Assembly (NCBI GenBank): GCA_042408205.1
Contig: JBHOQK010000009.1
Span: 5,486-69,485 of the forward strand
Reading direction: 5' to 3'
DNA from: Dehalococcoidia bacterium
GTDB lineage: Bacteria; Chloroflexota; Dehalococcoidia; GIF9; DYGU01
DNA length: 64,000 bases
The notes beneath the pieces were generated by a model that saw only the letters and a program-made list of their open reading frames with translations, was not told the DNA's origin and searched no databases. This document shows, piece after piece, positions 40,590 to 50,345 of the stretch. The number at the start of each line of letters is the position of its first letter. The stretch's first letter is position 1. The translations under genes and the position numbers were made by a program.

Positions 40590-41180
40590 TCAGCCTTCGA
40601 TGATTGCTTTAGTGCTTGGGATTTTGTTGGCGAGGCGCTTGTCAATTCGAGTGGCTGTGTCTAGGGCTCGGGCTAAGGCTTTGAAAAGTGCTTCTGCTTT
40701 ATGATGGTCATTGATGCCACTTAAGACTTTGGCATGAAGGTTAAGCTTGGCTTCTGAGGCAAAGGAAACAAGAAAGTGGCGAATAAGGTCAGTATTTAAT
40801 TCGCCAATATTAGTATCAGTGAAGGAAGTCTCAATTACAGTATATCCTCTACCACTGATGTCCAAGGCTACCAGGGCTAAAGCATCGTCCATAGGCACTA
40901 TAGCTTGAGCCATTCGGATAATTCCTTGCTTTTCTCCGAGAGCCTGATTAAAAGCTTTACCTAAAGCAATAGCTACATCCTCTACTACATGATGCTGGTC
41001 ATTACCCGTAGCGGATAACTTTATATCAAATACGCCATGCTGAGCTAACTGGGCTAAAAGGTGGTCAAACATTCTGATGCCCGTAGTAATAGTAAACTCA
41101 GCCTTGCCATCAAGGTTTAGTTCTACCTTGACGGTAGTTTCCTTAGTCTCTCTAACTACTGAGGCTTTTCTTTGTATGAT
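40590..41180 (-). CDS. hisB: Imidazoleglycerol-phosphate dehydratase
   Basis: The track ORF (160 aa) starts at an internal Met (MFDHLL). The same frame continues open upstream and encodes the conserved IGPD N-terminus ([26 protein letters not shown]). There is no ATG, GTG or TTG in that stretch. The candidate start is ATC (about 41180) or ATA (about 41177), placed 6-9 nt after an AAGGGA SD-like sequence. Confidence 0.75.
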   Translation of the reverse strand: MIQRKASVVRETKETTVKVELNLDGKAEFTITTGIRMFDHLLAQLAQHGVFDIKLSATGNDQHHVVEDVAIALGKAFNQALGEKQGIIRMAQAIVPMDDALALVALDISGRGYTVIETSFTDTNIGELNTDLIRHFLVSFASEAKLNLHAKVLSGINDHHKAEALFKALARALDTATRIDKRLANKIPSTKAIIEG

Positions 41181-41247
41181 TTTTATTCCCTTCCGACTCT
41201 TTAAAAATAAGTTTAGCTTCTTAGGACGGGTTACTCTCCGTGTTAGA

Positions 41248-42345
41248 TTAGCATATCTCTTTTAGCGCTGCAATAAGGGCATCGGTATCTTCGGGTTTAC
41301 CCACAGTAATGCGAAGACAATCTTTAAGTTCTGGGGTCTCAAAATAACGGATAAATATCCCTCGTTGCCGGAGTTGTTGATAAATATTTTTAGCCTTATC
41401 CCCATCAACCCGACACAGAATGAAATTACCCCTGGAAGGATATGGGCTTAACCCTTTAACTTTCTCTTTTAATAAATGAAAAAGTCGTTCTCTTTCGGCT
41501 ATTATTTTTTGGATAGTCTCTTTGAGATAGTTTATGTCTTTTAGGGATTGGAGGGCGGCTATTTGAGCGGCGATGTTAACATTATAGGGTTGTTTTATCT
41601 TCATTAGATAATCGGCGATGATTTTGGGGAAAATACCGTAACCAATGCGTAAGCCAGCTAAGCCTGCCCACTTACTGAAAGTACGTAACACTATGAGATT
41701 GGGATATCGGGGAATTAAAGGAATCAGGGTTGTCCCGCTAAATTCAGAATAGGCTTCGTCTATTACTACTATAAGTCCAGTATTAAGGAGCTCGATTATT
41801 TCTGATTCAGTAGCAATATTACCAGTAGGATTGTTAGGGGAGGCAATAAAAATAACTTTTGTTTTTTTATCAATAGCTTTTTTTATAGCTGGGATATTAA
41901 GACTAAAGTCAGATTGACGGGAAACATGGATCACTTTACCGCCACAGACTTCAGTGCTAAAGGGATACATACCAAAGGTTGGGGGACAATTAATTACTTT
42001 ATCTCCGGGCTGAAGAAAAAGGCGGAGAACAAGGTCAATAAGTTCATCGCTTCCGCTCCCGGCAATAATATGCTCGGAGCCTAAACCAATATATTTTGAT
42101 AAAGCCTCTCTTAATTCTCTTTGTTGTGGGTCAGGATATATATGGTAATAGGAATAATCCGATAAAGCTGTCAAAACTCTCGGAGAACACCCATAAGGGT
42201 TTTCATTGCCGTCAAGCTTGATAACTTTTTCTACTGGAATCCCGGTGTCCTGAGCCAAAATCTCTACTGGTTCAATAGGTATATAAGCTTTCATCTTGAC
42301 AAGTTCAGGTCTGATTAACTTTTGGATGTCCCTCGGAGAAGTCAT
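41248..42345 (-). CDS. hisC: Histidinol-phosphate aminotransferase
   Basis: 365 aa, class II aminotransferase, with a PLP-lysine region ([14 protein letters not shown]). Confidence 0.9.
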   Translation of the reverse strand: MTSPRDIQKLIRPELVKMKAYIPIEPVEILAQDTGIPVEKVIKLDGNENPYGCSPRVLTALSDYSYYHIYPDPQQRELREALSKYIGLGSEHIIAGSGSDELIDLVLRLFLQPGDKVINCPPTFGMYPFSTEVCGGKVIHVSRQSDFSLNIPAIKKAIDKKTKVIFIASPNNPTGNIATESEIIELLNTGLIVVIDEAYSEFSGTTLIPLIPRYPNLIVLRTFSKWAGLAGLRIGYGIFPKIIADYLMKIKQPYNVNIAAQIAALQSLKDINYLKETIQKIIAERERLFHLLKEKVKGLSPYPSRGNFILCRVDGDKAKNIYQQLRQRGIFIRYFETPELKDCLRITVGKPEDTDALIAALKEIC

Positions 42346-43673
42346 TTGCTTTTTTCTCTCTGGGTTAATCTGGTTTTGATAGATTTAGCATGATAGGACA
42401 GCCCTTCAGCATTAGCTATGGTTATGGCAGCTTGGCCTATTTTTTTTAAAGTGATTTTGTTTAAGGAGATAAGGTTGGTCGCTTTGAGAAAGTCCTTGAC
42501 CCCCAAAGGGGAACTAAACCGGGCGCTACCTCCCGTGGGTAATACATGGCTCGGTCCAGCAACATAGTCTCCTATGGCTACGGGAGAATTTTTGCCGATA
42601 AGAATACAACCAACGTTAGTAATTCGGTTAATATATTTTTTAGCGTTTTTTACCATCAAGGACAAATGTTCGGGAGCAAACAAATTGACCAGTTCTATAG
42701 CTTCATTGATGTTATTTACTACCACTATTAAGCCTTTACTTAAAGCCTGAAAAGCAACCGATTGCGGGCTCAATTTATTTACTTCAGCATTAATTTGGGC
42801 AGTTACTTTATCCGCTAATTGGGGTGAAGGGGTAATCAAAATTGCCCAAGCCAAAGGGTCATGTTCTGCTTGGGCTAATAAGTCCAAGGCGCATAAATAT
42901 GGGTCAGCGGTATTATCAGCTACAATCACTATTTCGCTGGGTCCATAAAGTCCGTCAATATCTACTGTACCATAGACTTTCTTTTTGGCTAAGACGACGA
43001 AAATATTGCCTGGACCACAGATTTTATCTACTTTTGGGATTGTTTTAGTGCCGAAAGCCAAGGCAGCTATGGCTTGAGCCCCCCCAATCTTAAAAATACG
43101 CCTTACTCCAGCTATATGTCCAGCTATTAATGTTGGTTCTGGAATAGAGCCATCGGCTTTTGGTGGTGTAGTCATAATTATTTCCCCCACGCCAGCGACA
43201 TTAGCCGGAATGGCAGTCATTAATACTGTGGATGGGTAAGCAGTGATACCTCCAGGAATATAGATACCAACTCTCTCTAAAGGTCGAATCTGGTGAGTTA
43301 AACCACCTTGGCTAAAACTTCTTTCATATTTTGGCTGACATTTTAGATGAAAAGCTCGAATCCTTTCGGCAGCTAATTTCAAAGCTAAAACTAACTCTTT
43401 ATCTACTTTTTGATAAGACGCCTCAATTTCTTCTTGACTAACCTCGAGGGAGTTAAGCTTAACCCCATCCAGCTTTTCGGTGTAGTCAAAAAGAGCTTCA
43501 TCACCTTTATCTCGGACGTCGGTGATGATGCGCTCCACCAATTGGTCTGGGGTTAGTTCTTCACCAAAAACATTTTTAATCTTAGCTTTGGATTCTGCTG
43601 AGAGATTTATTTCTGGAAATGTCTGCCGGATTAGCAAAGGTTTGGCATTATTAAAGCCGGTTATTCTTTTCAT
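42342..43673 (-). CDS. hisD: Histidinol dehydrogenase
   Basis: 443 aa with conserved HisD motifs (GPGNIFV, PSEIVIVAD, HLSL). Confidence 0.95.
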   Translation of the reverse strand: MKRITGFNNAKPLLIRQTFPEINLSAESKAKIKNVFGEELTPDQLVERIITDVRDKGDEALFDYTEKLDGVKLNSLEVSQEEIEASYQKVDKELVLALKLAAERIRAFHLKCQPKYERSFSQGGLTHQIRPLERVGIYIPGGITAYPSTVLMTAIPANVAGVGEIIMTTPPKADGSIPEPTLIAGHIAGVRRIFKIGGAQAIAALAFGTKTIPKVDKICGPGNIFVVLAKKKVYGTVDIDGLYGPSEIVIVADNTADPYLCALDLLAQAEHDPLAWAILITPSPQLADKVTAQINAEVNKLSPQSVAFQALSKGLIVVVNNINEAIELVNLFAPEHLSLMVKNAKKYINRITNVGCILIGKNSPVAIGDYVAGPSHVLPTGGSARFSSPLGVKDFLKATNLISLNKITLKKIGQAAITIANAEGLSYHAKSIKTRLTQREKSK

Positions 43674-43675
43674 GA

Positions 43676-45178
43676 CTAATTCCCCTTCGCTTGACGGAAA
43701 AGATTGATAAGATAATTAATTCGGTCTCTTTTTAATGGGGATTTGGGAATTATTTTATTGCCAATAAGACAAGCTGTAGAGAAGAAGAGAACCTCCAGAA
43801 TTTTTAAATTATGTTTAGCTAAAGTCTCGCCGGTTTGGGTATTTTCTATAAGTAAGTCGGCATCTTCAGGCAAAAAGCCTTCACTGGCTCCCCAGGTTGG
43901 AATTAGCCGATATGGGCTAAGGTGATTATCTCTAACATATTTATCGGCAATGTTTATATATTCTGAGGCAACTCTTAATGGGGATAATTTATTAGAGTTT
44001 AGGAGTTGTCTTAGTTCAGTAATAGTGTTTACTGGCAAGTCCTGGCTGATTGCAGCAACAATTTTTACTTCTCCGAAATTAAACGGGAAGTGTTCTATTA
44101 CTGGACTTGATGGGAATTGATAGAGGTGGTCAAGGAGCCAGTCTTTACCCGTAATTGCCAGATCAAAGTTACCATTAGCTACTTGGAGGGGCATATCTTG
44201 AGGACGGATAACCTTAGCTTTAATCCAGTCCAGGTCAAAAACAGGGCGGGGACTTATTATTTCGCTGGAATAACCAGTAACTCGGAGTCCGACTTTATTC
44301 AGGAGTTCGGCGGTTGGTTTTTGTTGGTGACCGTCAGGTAATGCCAGATAAACTAAGTTTTCCTCAGTGGGTAACACAAGGCTCACAGGTGTCTCGACTT
44401 TGGCGGAGAAGGGCGGTTCGGATATTTCTCTAGCTACGGAACTGAGGCGACTTATAATCTCGCTCATATTTTTCATTTTCCAATTCCGTTCATTGGCGAT
44501 AAGGACGGCACTGGTGGAAAGTAATTTCTTCAATGGATGTAACGCTTGAGCCTTAAGTTCGGCTTCGTCTCTTTTCCAGACGATTATTAAGTCGGCAGTT
44601 TCTGGGGGATAGGCTTCGGCATTTCCCCAAACTGGGAAGATCCGGAAGTACCTTAATCTTAAACTTAAGGCAAAAGCTTCAGCTAAATTAGGATATTCAC
44701 TTACTATTCGCCAATTATTGCTTTCTTTTAGCAATTGGCTCAAGCTGGATGGTCCTCCATAGATACTTGCTGCTGCATAGAGATTACCCTTACCATAATT
44801 TAACTCCATTATTTTCACTAAATTGCTCTTTGGATATTTAGCTAAGAGTTCCTCAACCCAGTCTAGTCCACATATACCCAGGTCATAATTACCTACAGAA
44901 ACCTGAATAGGTATGTCTTTTTCGTGAAATACCTTTGCGAAAAGGTGAGGTAATTGGCTGGATTGAAGGCGATAAAGCCTATTTAAGCTTTGGTACTCGT
45001 CTAATCCCAGTTTTGCTTTAGTAACCAAGCTGGCGGTGCTAAGGAAAAGCCTGCCTTTAGGCAGAGCTATTTTTATTGCTTCTGGGGGGGTCTTTGATTT
45101 TGCTGGGAAATTAGAGTTTTCTATAAATTGAAGATTTTTGGGGACATTCATATAGTTATCTTGAGCTTGGAACCACAA
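43676..45178 (-). CDS. hisG: ATP phosphoribosyltransferase, tandem duplication of the short-form HisG catalytic module
   Basis: 500 aa. Two HisG-like halves are present, each with an LPKGRL/LALPDG start and a DLGI(C/T)GxDW motif. The second half keeps the PRPP-loop (DLLIENTQTGETLAKHNL). The first half does not (ADLIIVWKRDEAEL). The gene lies between hisZ and hisD. Confidence 0.8.
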   Translation of the reverse strand: MWFQAQDNYMNVPKNLQFIENSNFPAKSKTPPEAIKIALPKGRLFLSTASLVTKAKLGLDEYQSLNRLYRLQSSQLPHLFAKVFHEKDIPIQVSVGNYDLGICGLDWVEELLAKYPKSNLVKIMELNYGKGNLYAAASIYGGPSSLSQLLKESNNWRIVSEYPNLAEAFALSLRLRYFRIFPVWGNAEAYPPETADLIIVWKRDEAELKAQALHPLKKLLSTSAVLIANERNWKMKNMSEIISRLSSVAREISEPPFSAKVETPVSLVLPTEENLVYLALPDGHQQKPTAELLNKVGLRVTGYSSEIISPRPVFDLDWIKAKVIRPQDMPLQVANGNFDLAITGKDWLLDHLYQFPSSPVIEHFPFNFGEVKIVAAISQDLPVNTITELRQLLNSNKLSPLRVASEYINIADKYVRDNHLSPYRLIPTWGASEGFLPEDADLLIENTQTGETLAKHNLKILEVLFFSTACLIGNKIIPKSPLKRDRINYLINLFRQAKGN

Positions 45179-45181
45179 ATT

Positions 45182-46420
45182 TTATATAAATCCTCCAATT
45201 AGACCGAGAACTTCAGTAGGCGAAGTAGCTTTTTTAGTTTGATTTTTGCTTCGGTCAAAGACAAGATACACCGGTGGTTCTTCCTCGCTTAGGGTAATTA
45301 CCCAACGCCAGGAAGTAACTTCTTCCTCGCCGAAGTTAAGTTCAGCTATAAAACCTGCTTGACGAATAGTTTGAGCTAAATAAAAGCAAGCTTTAACTCC
45401 TTCGGCTGTCTTTGTTTTCCCTTGGATTAAAACCCCTTGTTCTGCTTTATCTCCCAAAGTCAAGGGCAATAAAGTTATTAATGGATCGACATATAAAGCG
45501 AAACCGCAGGCAGGGACGTTCCCACCTCCCAGAAGGGGAATTAAATCATTATATCTTCCCCCACCACCTATTTTCTTTCCGTTGATTAAAAATTCAAAAC
45601 AAACACCAGTATAATACTCAAAACCAAGCCAAGATTTAAGGTTAACCTCGTATTTATAATTAAGCGCATCTAATAACTCGGTAACTTCAATAAAATTATC
45701 TAAATTAATCCTAAGATTGACTGGTGCTGAAGGATAAAGAGCTTTTATATTTTTAAGAAAACTGCTTGACTTTCCTTGTAATTGCAAAAGCTGGAGGGTA
45801 AATTCTGGCAAAGGAGATTTTGTTTCCATAAACACTTGCCAATTACCTTCCAGGATTTGATTTAAAGCCTTAGCTTCCTCTTCAGGTCCAAGATTAAGTT
45901 CTTTAAGCAAAGCTTTTACAACCCCAGCGTGGGACAAGCTAATTCTACTATTGCTAAAGCCGAGGTTGTGTAGAATTTGAGTTGCCAGTAGTATTATTTC
46001 CACATCTGCCATAGGCTCGTTGCTGCCTAAAAACTCGGCGCCGCATTGCCATCTCTCTCTATTGTCAGTGCCAGTTGCCTCAAAAGTAAAAACATTAGTC
46101 ACATAATAGAGACGAGCTAATTTCTGTCCGTACAAATTATTGATAAACAGTCTGGCTAAAGGAATAGTACCATCGGGTTTGAGCACTACTCTTTCTCCAC
46201 TCCACCCATCCCAGTCAAGAAAGGAATAGACTTTGCTAAGTAAGCTTGGGGTAAGGGTACCAGTAGCGGTGAAAAGGTGAAGATATTCCAGGGATGGTGT
46301 TCTTACTTCTTGGTAACCCCAGTTTCGACAACAGCTTCTGAATACATCTTCAATAAGGCGGAAACGTCGCATTTCTTCAGGCAATATATCTTTAGTTCCT
46401 TTGTAATTTCGGCTATCCAT
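45182..46420 (-). CDS. hisZ: ATP phosphoribosyltransferase regulatory subunit (HisRS paralog)
   Basis: 412 aa. It has a class II aaRS core (GGGRYD) but weak motif 2 and no obvious anticodon-binding domain. It is the first gene of the his cluster. Confidence 0.75.
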   Translation of the reverse strand: MDSRNYKGTKDILPEEMRRFRLIEDVFRSCCRNWGYQEVRTPSLEYLHLFTATGTLTPSLLSKVYSFLDWDGWSGERVVLKPDGTIPLARLFINNLYGQKLARLYYVTNVFTFEATGTDNRERWQCGAEFLGSNEPMADVEIILLATQILHNLGFSNSRISLSHAGVVKALLKELNLGPEEEAKALNQILEGNWQVFMETKSPLPEFTLQLLQLQGKSSSFLKNIKALYPSAPVNLRINLDNFIEVTELLDALNYKYEVNLKSWLGFEYYTGVCFEFLINGKKIGGGGRYNDLIPLLGGGNVPACGFALYVDPLITLLPLTLGDKAEQGVLIQGKTKTAEGVKACFYLAQTIRQAGFIAELNFGEEEVTSWRWVITLSEEEPPVYLVFDRSKNQTKKATSPTEVLGLIGGFI

Positions 46421-46517
46421 TCCATTGCCATTCTACCTCAAATACTTTCCCCCTTCAATCCTAAATTAGTTTGCCATAGGTAATGGCTTCAATTATAATT
46501 GGTGTGGGGAGTGTGAA

Positions 46518-47840
46518 GTGGTTATTAGGCTGTTAGGCTTTTTGCGCTTAGCTATTTTTTTAATTTTATTAATTAGTGTTTTCTTATCTCTAAACACTAA
46601 GGCTGTTAGTTCAACTGTAGTGGTTTTGCGTGTAGAAGGGAATATTGTGCCTGTAGTTAACGATTATATTCACCGGGGACTTGATCAAGCTGAGGCTAAA
46701 GGGGCTGCTGTGGTCATTATTGAACTTAATACCCCGGGAGGACTTTATAACTCTACTCAGAAGATAGTGGAAAGAATCTTAAATGCTAAAGTACCGGTAG
46801 TGGTCTACGTTTCCCCGGCTGGAGGTTGGGCTGGTTCTGCGGGTACTTTTATAACTTTATCGTCTCATATTGCAGCTATGGCACCGGGCAGTCGGATTGG
46901 TGCGGCTACCCCGGTTGCTATGGGGCAGGAAATACCTCAGGAGGCAAAGAAGAAAATATCAGAGGACGCTGCTGCCTTTATCCGGAGTATTGCCCAGATG
47001 CGAGGTCGTGATCCGCATCATGCCGAATTAGCAGTGCGTGAGGGTAAATCTTATACTGTGGACGAAGCTTTAAAATATAAACTTGTTGACATAAAAGCTA
47101 CCGACTTAAATGACCTTATTACCCAATTGGATGGGAGAAAAGTTATTTTGGTTACAGAAAAGGAAGTGGTTCTTGATACTAAAAAATATGCCATTGAAAA
47201 TATTAGAATGACAGGCATTGAGCGCTTTCTTCATACTATAAGCGATCCAAATATTGCTTATATTCTCCTGAGCTTAGCTACCATTGGACTTATGGCTGAA
47301 CTTTATAACCCGGGTTTAATTTTTCCAGGAGTTTTTGGTGGTATTAGTCTGCTCTTGGCTTTTTATTCTTTAGGAGTACTAAATGCCTATTGGGGTGGTA
47401 TATTGCTTATTTTGCTGGCTTACGGACTCTTCGTGGCGGAACTTTTTGTCACCAGTCATGGTATTCTTGCGAGTGGAGGTATTGCTTCTTTAACTTTTGG
47501 CTCTCTTATTTTGTTTAGTCGCAGTTCACCACCTATGGAAATAAACCGAGGTTTAATTGCTATCGTCGTATTGTTCATGAGTGCTTTTTTAGCTTTCCTT
47601 CTCTGGGCAGTAGTCCGTGCCCAGAAACGGAAAGTAGTCACGGGTGCTGAAGGGTTAATTGGGAAGATAGCTATAGCTCAAACATCCCTTGCTCCCAAGG
47701 GCATCGTATTAATTGAAGGAGAGCGCTGGACAGCTATAATAAATGGTGGTAAAGTCGAAGCCGGAGAGGAGGTGGTAGTAACTAAAGTTGAAGGCTTAAC
47801 CTTAAGAGTGACCAAAAATTTGGAAAAAGGAGGTAAGTAA
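46518..47840 (+). CDS. NfeD-family membrane-bound serine protease (ClpP-like domain plus C-terminal OB)
   Basis: 440 aa. Has an N-terminal TM, a ClpP-class protease domain, internal TM helices, and a C-terminal beta-barrel. It is followed by an SPFH gene. Confidence 0.8.
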   Translation: MVIRLLGFLRLAIFLILLISVFLSLNTKAVSSTVVVLRVEGNIVPVVNDYIHRGLDQAEAKGAAVVIIELNTPGGLYNSTQKIVERILNAKVPVVVYVSPAGGWAGSAGTFITLSSHIAAMAPGSRIGAATPVAMGQEIPQEAKKKISEDAAAFIRSIAQMRGRDPHHAELAVREGKSYTVDEALKYKLVDIKATDLNDLITQLDGRKVILVTEKEVVLDTKKYAIENIRMTGIERFLHTISDPNIAYILLSLATIGLMAELYNPGLIFPGVFGGISLLLAFYSLGVLNAYWGGILLILLAYGLFVAELFVTSHGILASGGIASLTFGSLILFSRSSPPMEINRGLIAIVVLFMSAFLAFLLWAVVRAQKRKVVTGAEGLIGKIAIAQTSLAPKGIVLIEGERWTAIINGGKVEAGEEVVVTKVEGLTLRVTKNLEKGGK

Positions 47841-48608
47841 ATGGAGGCGTTACTTCTTTATTTCGCTCTCGCTATTATAGCGATCATAATTATTTCTTCA
47901 GCAGTTAAAATTGTTCAAGAATATGAACGAGGTGTTATTTTCCGTCTTGGCAGATACGTCGGCATCAGAGGACCAGGACTTATTTTTCTTATCCCTTTTA
48001 TTGAACGGATGCAAAGGATTGATCTGCGGGTGATTACTATGGATGTGCCAGCTCAAGAGGCTATTACCCGAGACAATGTTACGGTAAAGGTAAACGCCGT
48101 GGTTTATTTCCGAGTGGTTAATGCGGCTGATGCTGTACTTAAGGTCATGGATTATATAAAAGCTACCTCGCTCTTGTCTCAGACAACGCTACGCAATGTA
48201 GTTGGACAATCGGAACTGGATGACCTTTTAGCCCGTCGGGAAAAACTTAATGAGAGACTTCAACAAATTATAGATGAAGGTACCAATCCTTGGGGAGTAA
48301 AAGTGAGTATGGTAGAAGTTAGGGATGTGGAATTGCCAGCGGGAATGCAGCGAGCTATGGCGGCTCAGGCTGAAGCCGAAAGAGAAAGACGAGCTAAGAT
48401 TGTCCATGCCGAAGGTGAGTTTCAAGCTGCGGAAAAGTTAGCTCAAGCAGCTCGAGTGATTGCTTCGGAACCAGCGGCACTTCAACTCCGTTATCTCCAG
48501 ACTTTAACTACCATCGCTACTGAAAGAACTAATACAATCATGTTCCCTATACCAATAGATATTTTGACTCCTTTACTCAGCCGAGGTAGCTCACAGTCCC
48601 AAAAGTAA
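47841..48608 (+). CDS. SPFH/stomatin-family protein
   Basis: 255 aa with a band-7 domain ([15 protein letters not shown]) and a coiled-coil tail. Its start codon abuts the nfeD stop. Confidence 0.85.
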   Translation: MEALLLYFALAIIAIIIISSAVKIVQEYERGVIFRLGRYVGIRGPGLIFLIPFIERMQRIDLRVITMDVPAQEAITRDNVTVKVNAVVYFRVVNAADAVLKVMDYIKATSLLSQTTLRNVVGQSELDDLLARREKLNERLQQIIDEGTNPWGVKVSMVEVRDVELPAGMQRAMAAQAEAERERRAKIVHAEGEFQAAEKLAQAARVIASEPAALQLRYLQTLTTIATERTNTIMFPIPIDILTPLLSRGSSQSQK

Positions 48609-48615
48609 TACAAAG

Positions 48616-49380
48616 TTATTCTTTTAAAACTGTAACATCACCTATTAATATTTTGGTAATGGTGCCGTTGCTTTGCCGTAGGAGTAAGGCACCTTCTGGG
48701 GTAGTGGATTCGGCTTTGCCTTCTTTTACTGTTTCTCCCACTTTAAGGCGGACCCATTTTCCTAAAGTTTCTAAGTGTTTTTCCCATTCTTTATGTATTG
48801 AGATCCCTGATTGGGCTAAGAGATATAATCGCTCTATTTCCGTCACTAAAGCGATGGTAAAATCTGGTAGGGATATTTCTTTGCCTAGTTCTTGAGACAG
48901 ACTGGTAGCTAAAGTTGAGATTTCAGGAAAAGAGGTGGGAGTCAAATTAACATTTATTCCAATTCCAGCTATAGCAAAATTTACCGTTTCCTTTTCAACT
49001 TCACTTTCAATCAAAATCCCACAAACTTTTTTTCCTTTAATCAATATGTCATTGGGCCACTTAATTACTGCCTCAAGTCTACAAAATTGTCTAATAGTGT
49101 TTACTACCGCCACTGAAGTTAACATTAAGAGCTGAGGCAACAACTTTAGAGAGGGTCGGAAAATAATAGATAAAGCCAGACTACCTTTTGGGGATAACCA
49201 AGTTCGGTTTAACCGTCCTCTTCCCTGGATTTGCTCATCAGCAATGACTATTGTTCCCTCTTCAATCCCTTGCCTTGCCAGCTCTTTAGCTATTTCCATA
49301 GTCGAAGTTACCATGGCATAATGAAATACTTTTTTCCCAAGAAACTTTGTGGTTAACTTGTTCTTTATAGCAAATTCCAT
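48616..49380 (-). CDS. birA: Biotin--[acetyl-CoA-carboxylase] ligase, group I (no HTH domain)
   Basis: 254 aa with the BPL catalytic motif GRGRLNRTW. Confidence 0.85.
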   Translation of the reverse strand: MEFAIKNKLTTKFLGKKVFHYAMVTSTMEIAKELARQGIEEGTIVIADEQIQGRGRLNRTWLSPKGSLALSIIFRPSLKLLPQLLMLTSVAVVNTIRQFCRLEAVIKWPNDILIKGKKVCGILIESEVEKETVNFAIAGIGINVNLTPTSFPEISTLATSLSQELGKEISLPDFTIALVTEIERLYLLAQSGISIHKEWEKHLETLGKWVRLKVGETVKEGKAESTTPEGALLLRQSNGTITKILIGDVTVLKE

Positions 49381-49501
49381 TTTTCTTGAATTTTATAAAG
49401 TTATCAGTTAATTATAAGATTTAGATGGTACTGGTGTCACTGGAGTTTCTTTAATAGGGATTGTTATTATGTTGCCTGGATGATTTAAAAGGTGATTAAA
49501 G

Positions 49502-50095
49502 GTGATGTTTAAGGTATTAGGCATTGCTGGTAGCCCCCGTCGTGATGGCAATACTGACTTATTACTCAAGGAAGCAGTGGCGGGGACGGTTAATAAAAAT
49601 GTCCAAACCAAAATAGTTACTTTGAGCGAGCTAAATATTGCTCCTTGTCGTCATTGTGATGGCTGTCTAAAGACAGGTAAATGTGTCATAGAGGACGATA
49701 TGCAGTGGCTTTATACGGAGTTACGGGAGTTAGATTACCTTATTTTGGCTTCGCCTATTTTTTTTATGGGGGTTACCGCTCAGACTAAAGCCATGATAGA
49801 TCGCTGTCAAGCTTTATGGGTATTAAAATATATGTTGAAACTCCCTTTGTCCCTAAGCCGAAGCCAAGAACGAAAAGGACTGTTTATTTCTGTGGGTGGT
49901 ACAAAAATGGTTAATCTATTTCAGCCAGCTATAGCCACTGTTAAAGTTTGGTTTAAGACATTGGACATTTCTTATGTGGGTGAACTTGTTTTTCCTGGTA
50001 TAGATACTAAAGGTGCTATCCTATCTCATCCCACGGCTTTAAAAGAAGCTTTTACCGCTGGGCAGCGACTGGTAGGCAATTTAAATTTTCCTTGA
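49502..50095 (+). CDS. Iron-sulfur flavoprotein (Isf) / NADPH-dependent FMN reductase family
   Basis: 197 aa with a flavodoxin-like fold (GIAGSPRRDGNT) and a compact Cys cluster (CRHCDGCLKTGKC). Confidence 0.7.
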   Translation: MMFKVLGIAGSPRRDGNTDLLLKEAVAGTVNKNVQTKIVTLSELNIAPCRHCDGCLKTGKCVIEDDMQWLYTELRELDYLILASPIFFMGVTAQTKAMIDRCQALWVLKYMLKLPLSLSRSQERKGLFISVGGTKMVNLFQPAIATVKVWFKTLDISYVGELVFPGIDTKGAILSHPTALKEAFTAGQRLVGNLNFP

Positions 50096-50119
50096 CAAGA
50101 AGTTTTTCCTTTATATAAA
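50092..50119 (+). promoter_or_regulatory. Putative promoter for the stand-alone 5S rRNA
   Basis: TTGACA at 50092-50097 (overlapping the isf stop), a 16-nt spacer, and TATAAA at 50114-50119. This lies about 40 nt upstream of the 5S 5' end. Confidence 0.4.
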
Positions 50120-50160
50120 CTTAAGCCAAAGCATCTTTTATGTCATTATTGAAAATCAGA

Positions 50161-50284
50161 CCCTCTGGTGGTTTGAGCGGGGTGGAACCACCCGTTCCCA
50201 TTCCGAACACGGAAGTGAAACGCCCCAGCGCAGACGATACTGAGGGGGGAACCCCTTGGGAAAATATGTCACTGCCAGAGGGTC
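50161..50284 (+). rRNA. rrf: 5S ribosomal RNA (isolated copy; no 16S or 23S in the window)
   Basis: It carries the conserved 5S core CCACCCGTTCCCATTCCGAACACGGAAGTGAAACGCCCCAGCGCAGACGATACTG. The terminal helix pairs CCCTCTGG with CCAGAGGG. It aligns by eye to Bacillus 5S, and a T-run follows it. Confidence 0.85.
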
Positions 50285-50305
50285 TGTTATTTTTTACCTT
50301 AAATT

Positions 50306-50334
50306 TTGATATTTGGTAATAAAGAATTTATAAT
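50306..50334 (+). promoter_or_regulatory. Putative sigma70 promoter for clpC
   Basis: TTGATA at 50306-50311, a 17-nt spacer, and TATAAT at 50329-50334. The clpC ATG at 50346 is only about 5 nt from the predicted transcription start, and there is no SD sequence. Confidence 0.4.
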
Positions 50335-50345
50335 AAATAGTGGCT

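Noticed and set aside
46421-46517. Possible T-box or histidine attenuator leader upstream of hisZ
   Set aside because: There are only about 97 nt between hisZ and the divergent nfeD gene. That is too short for a T-box, and I recognised no His-codon-rich leader peptide.
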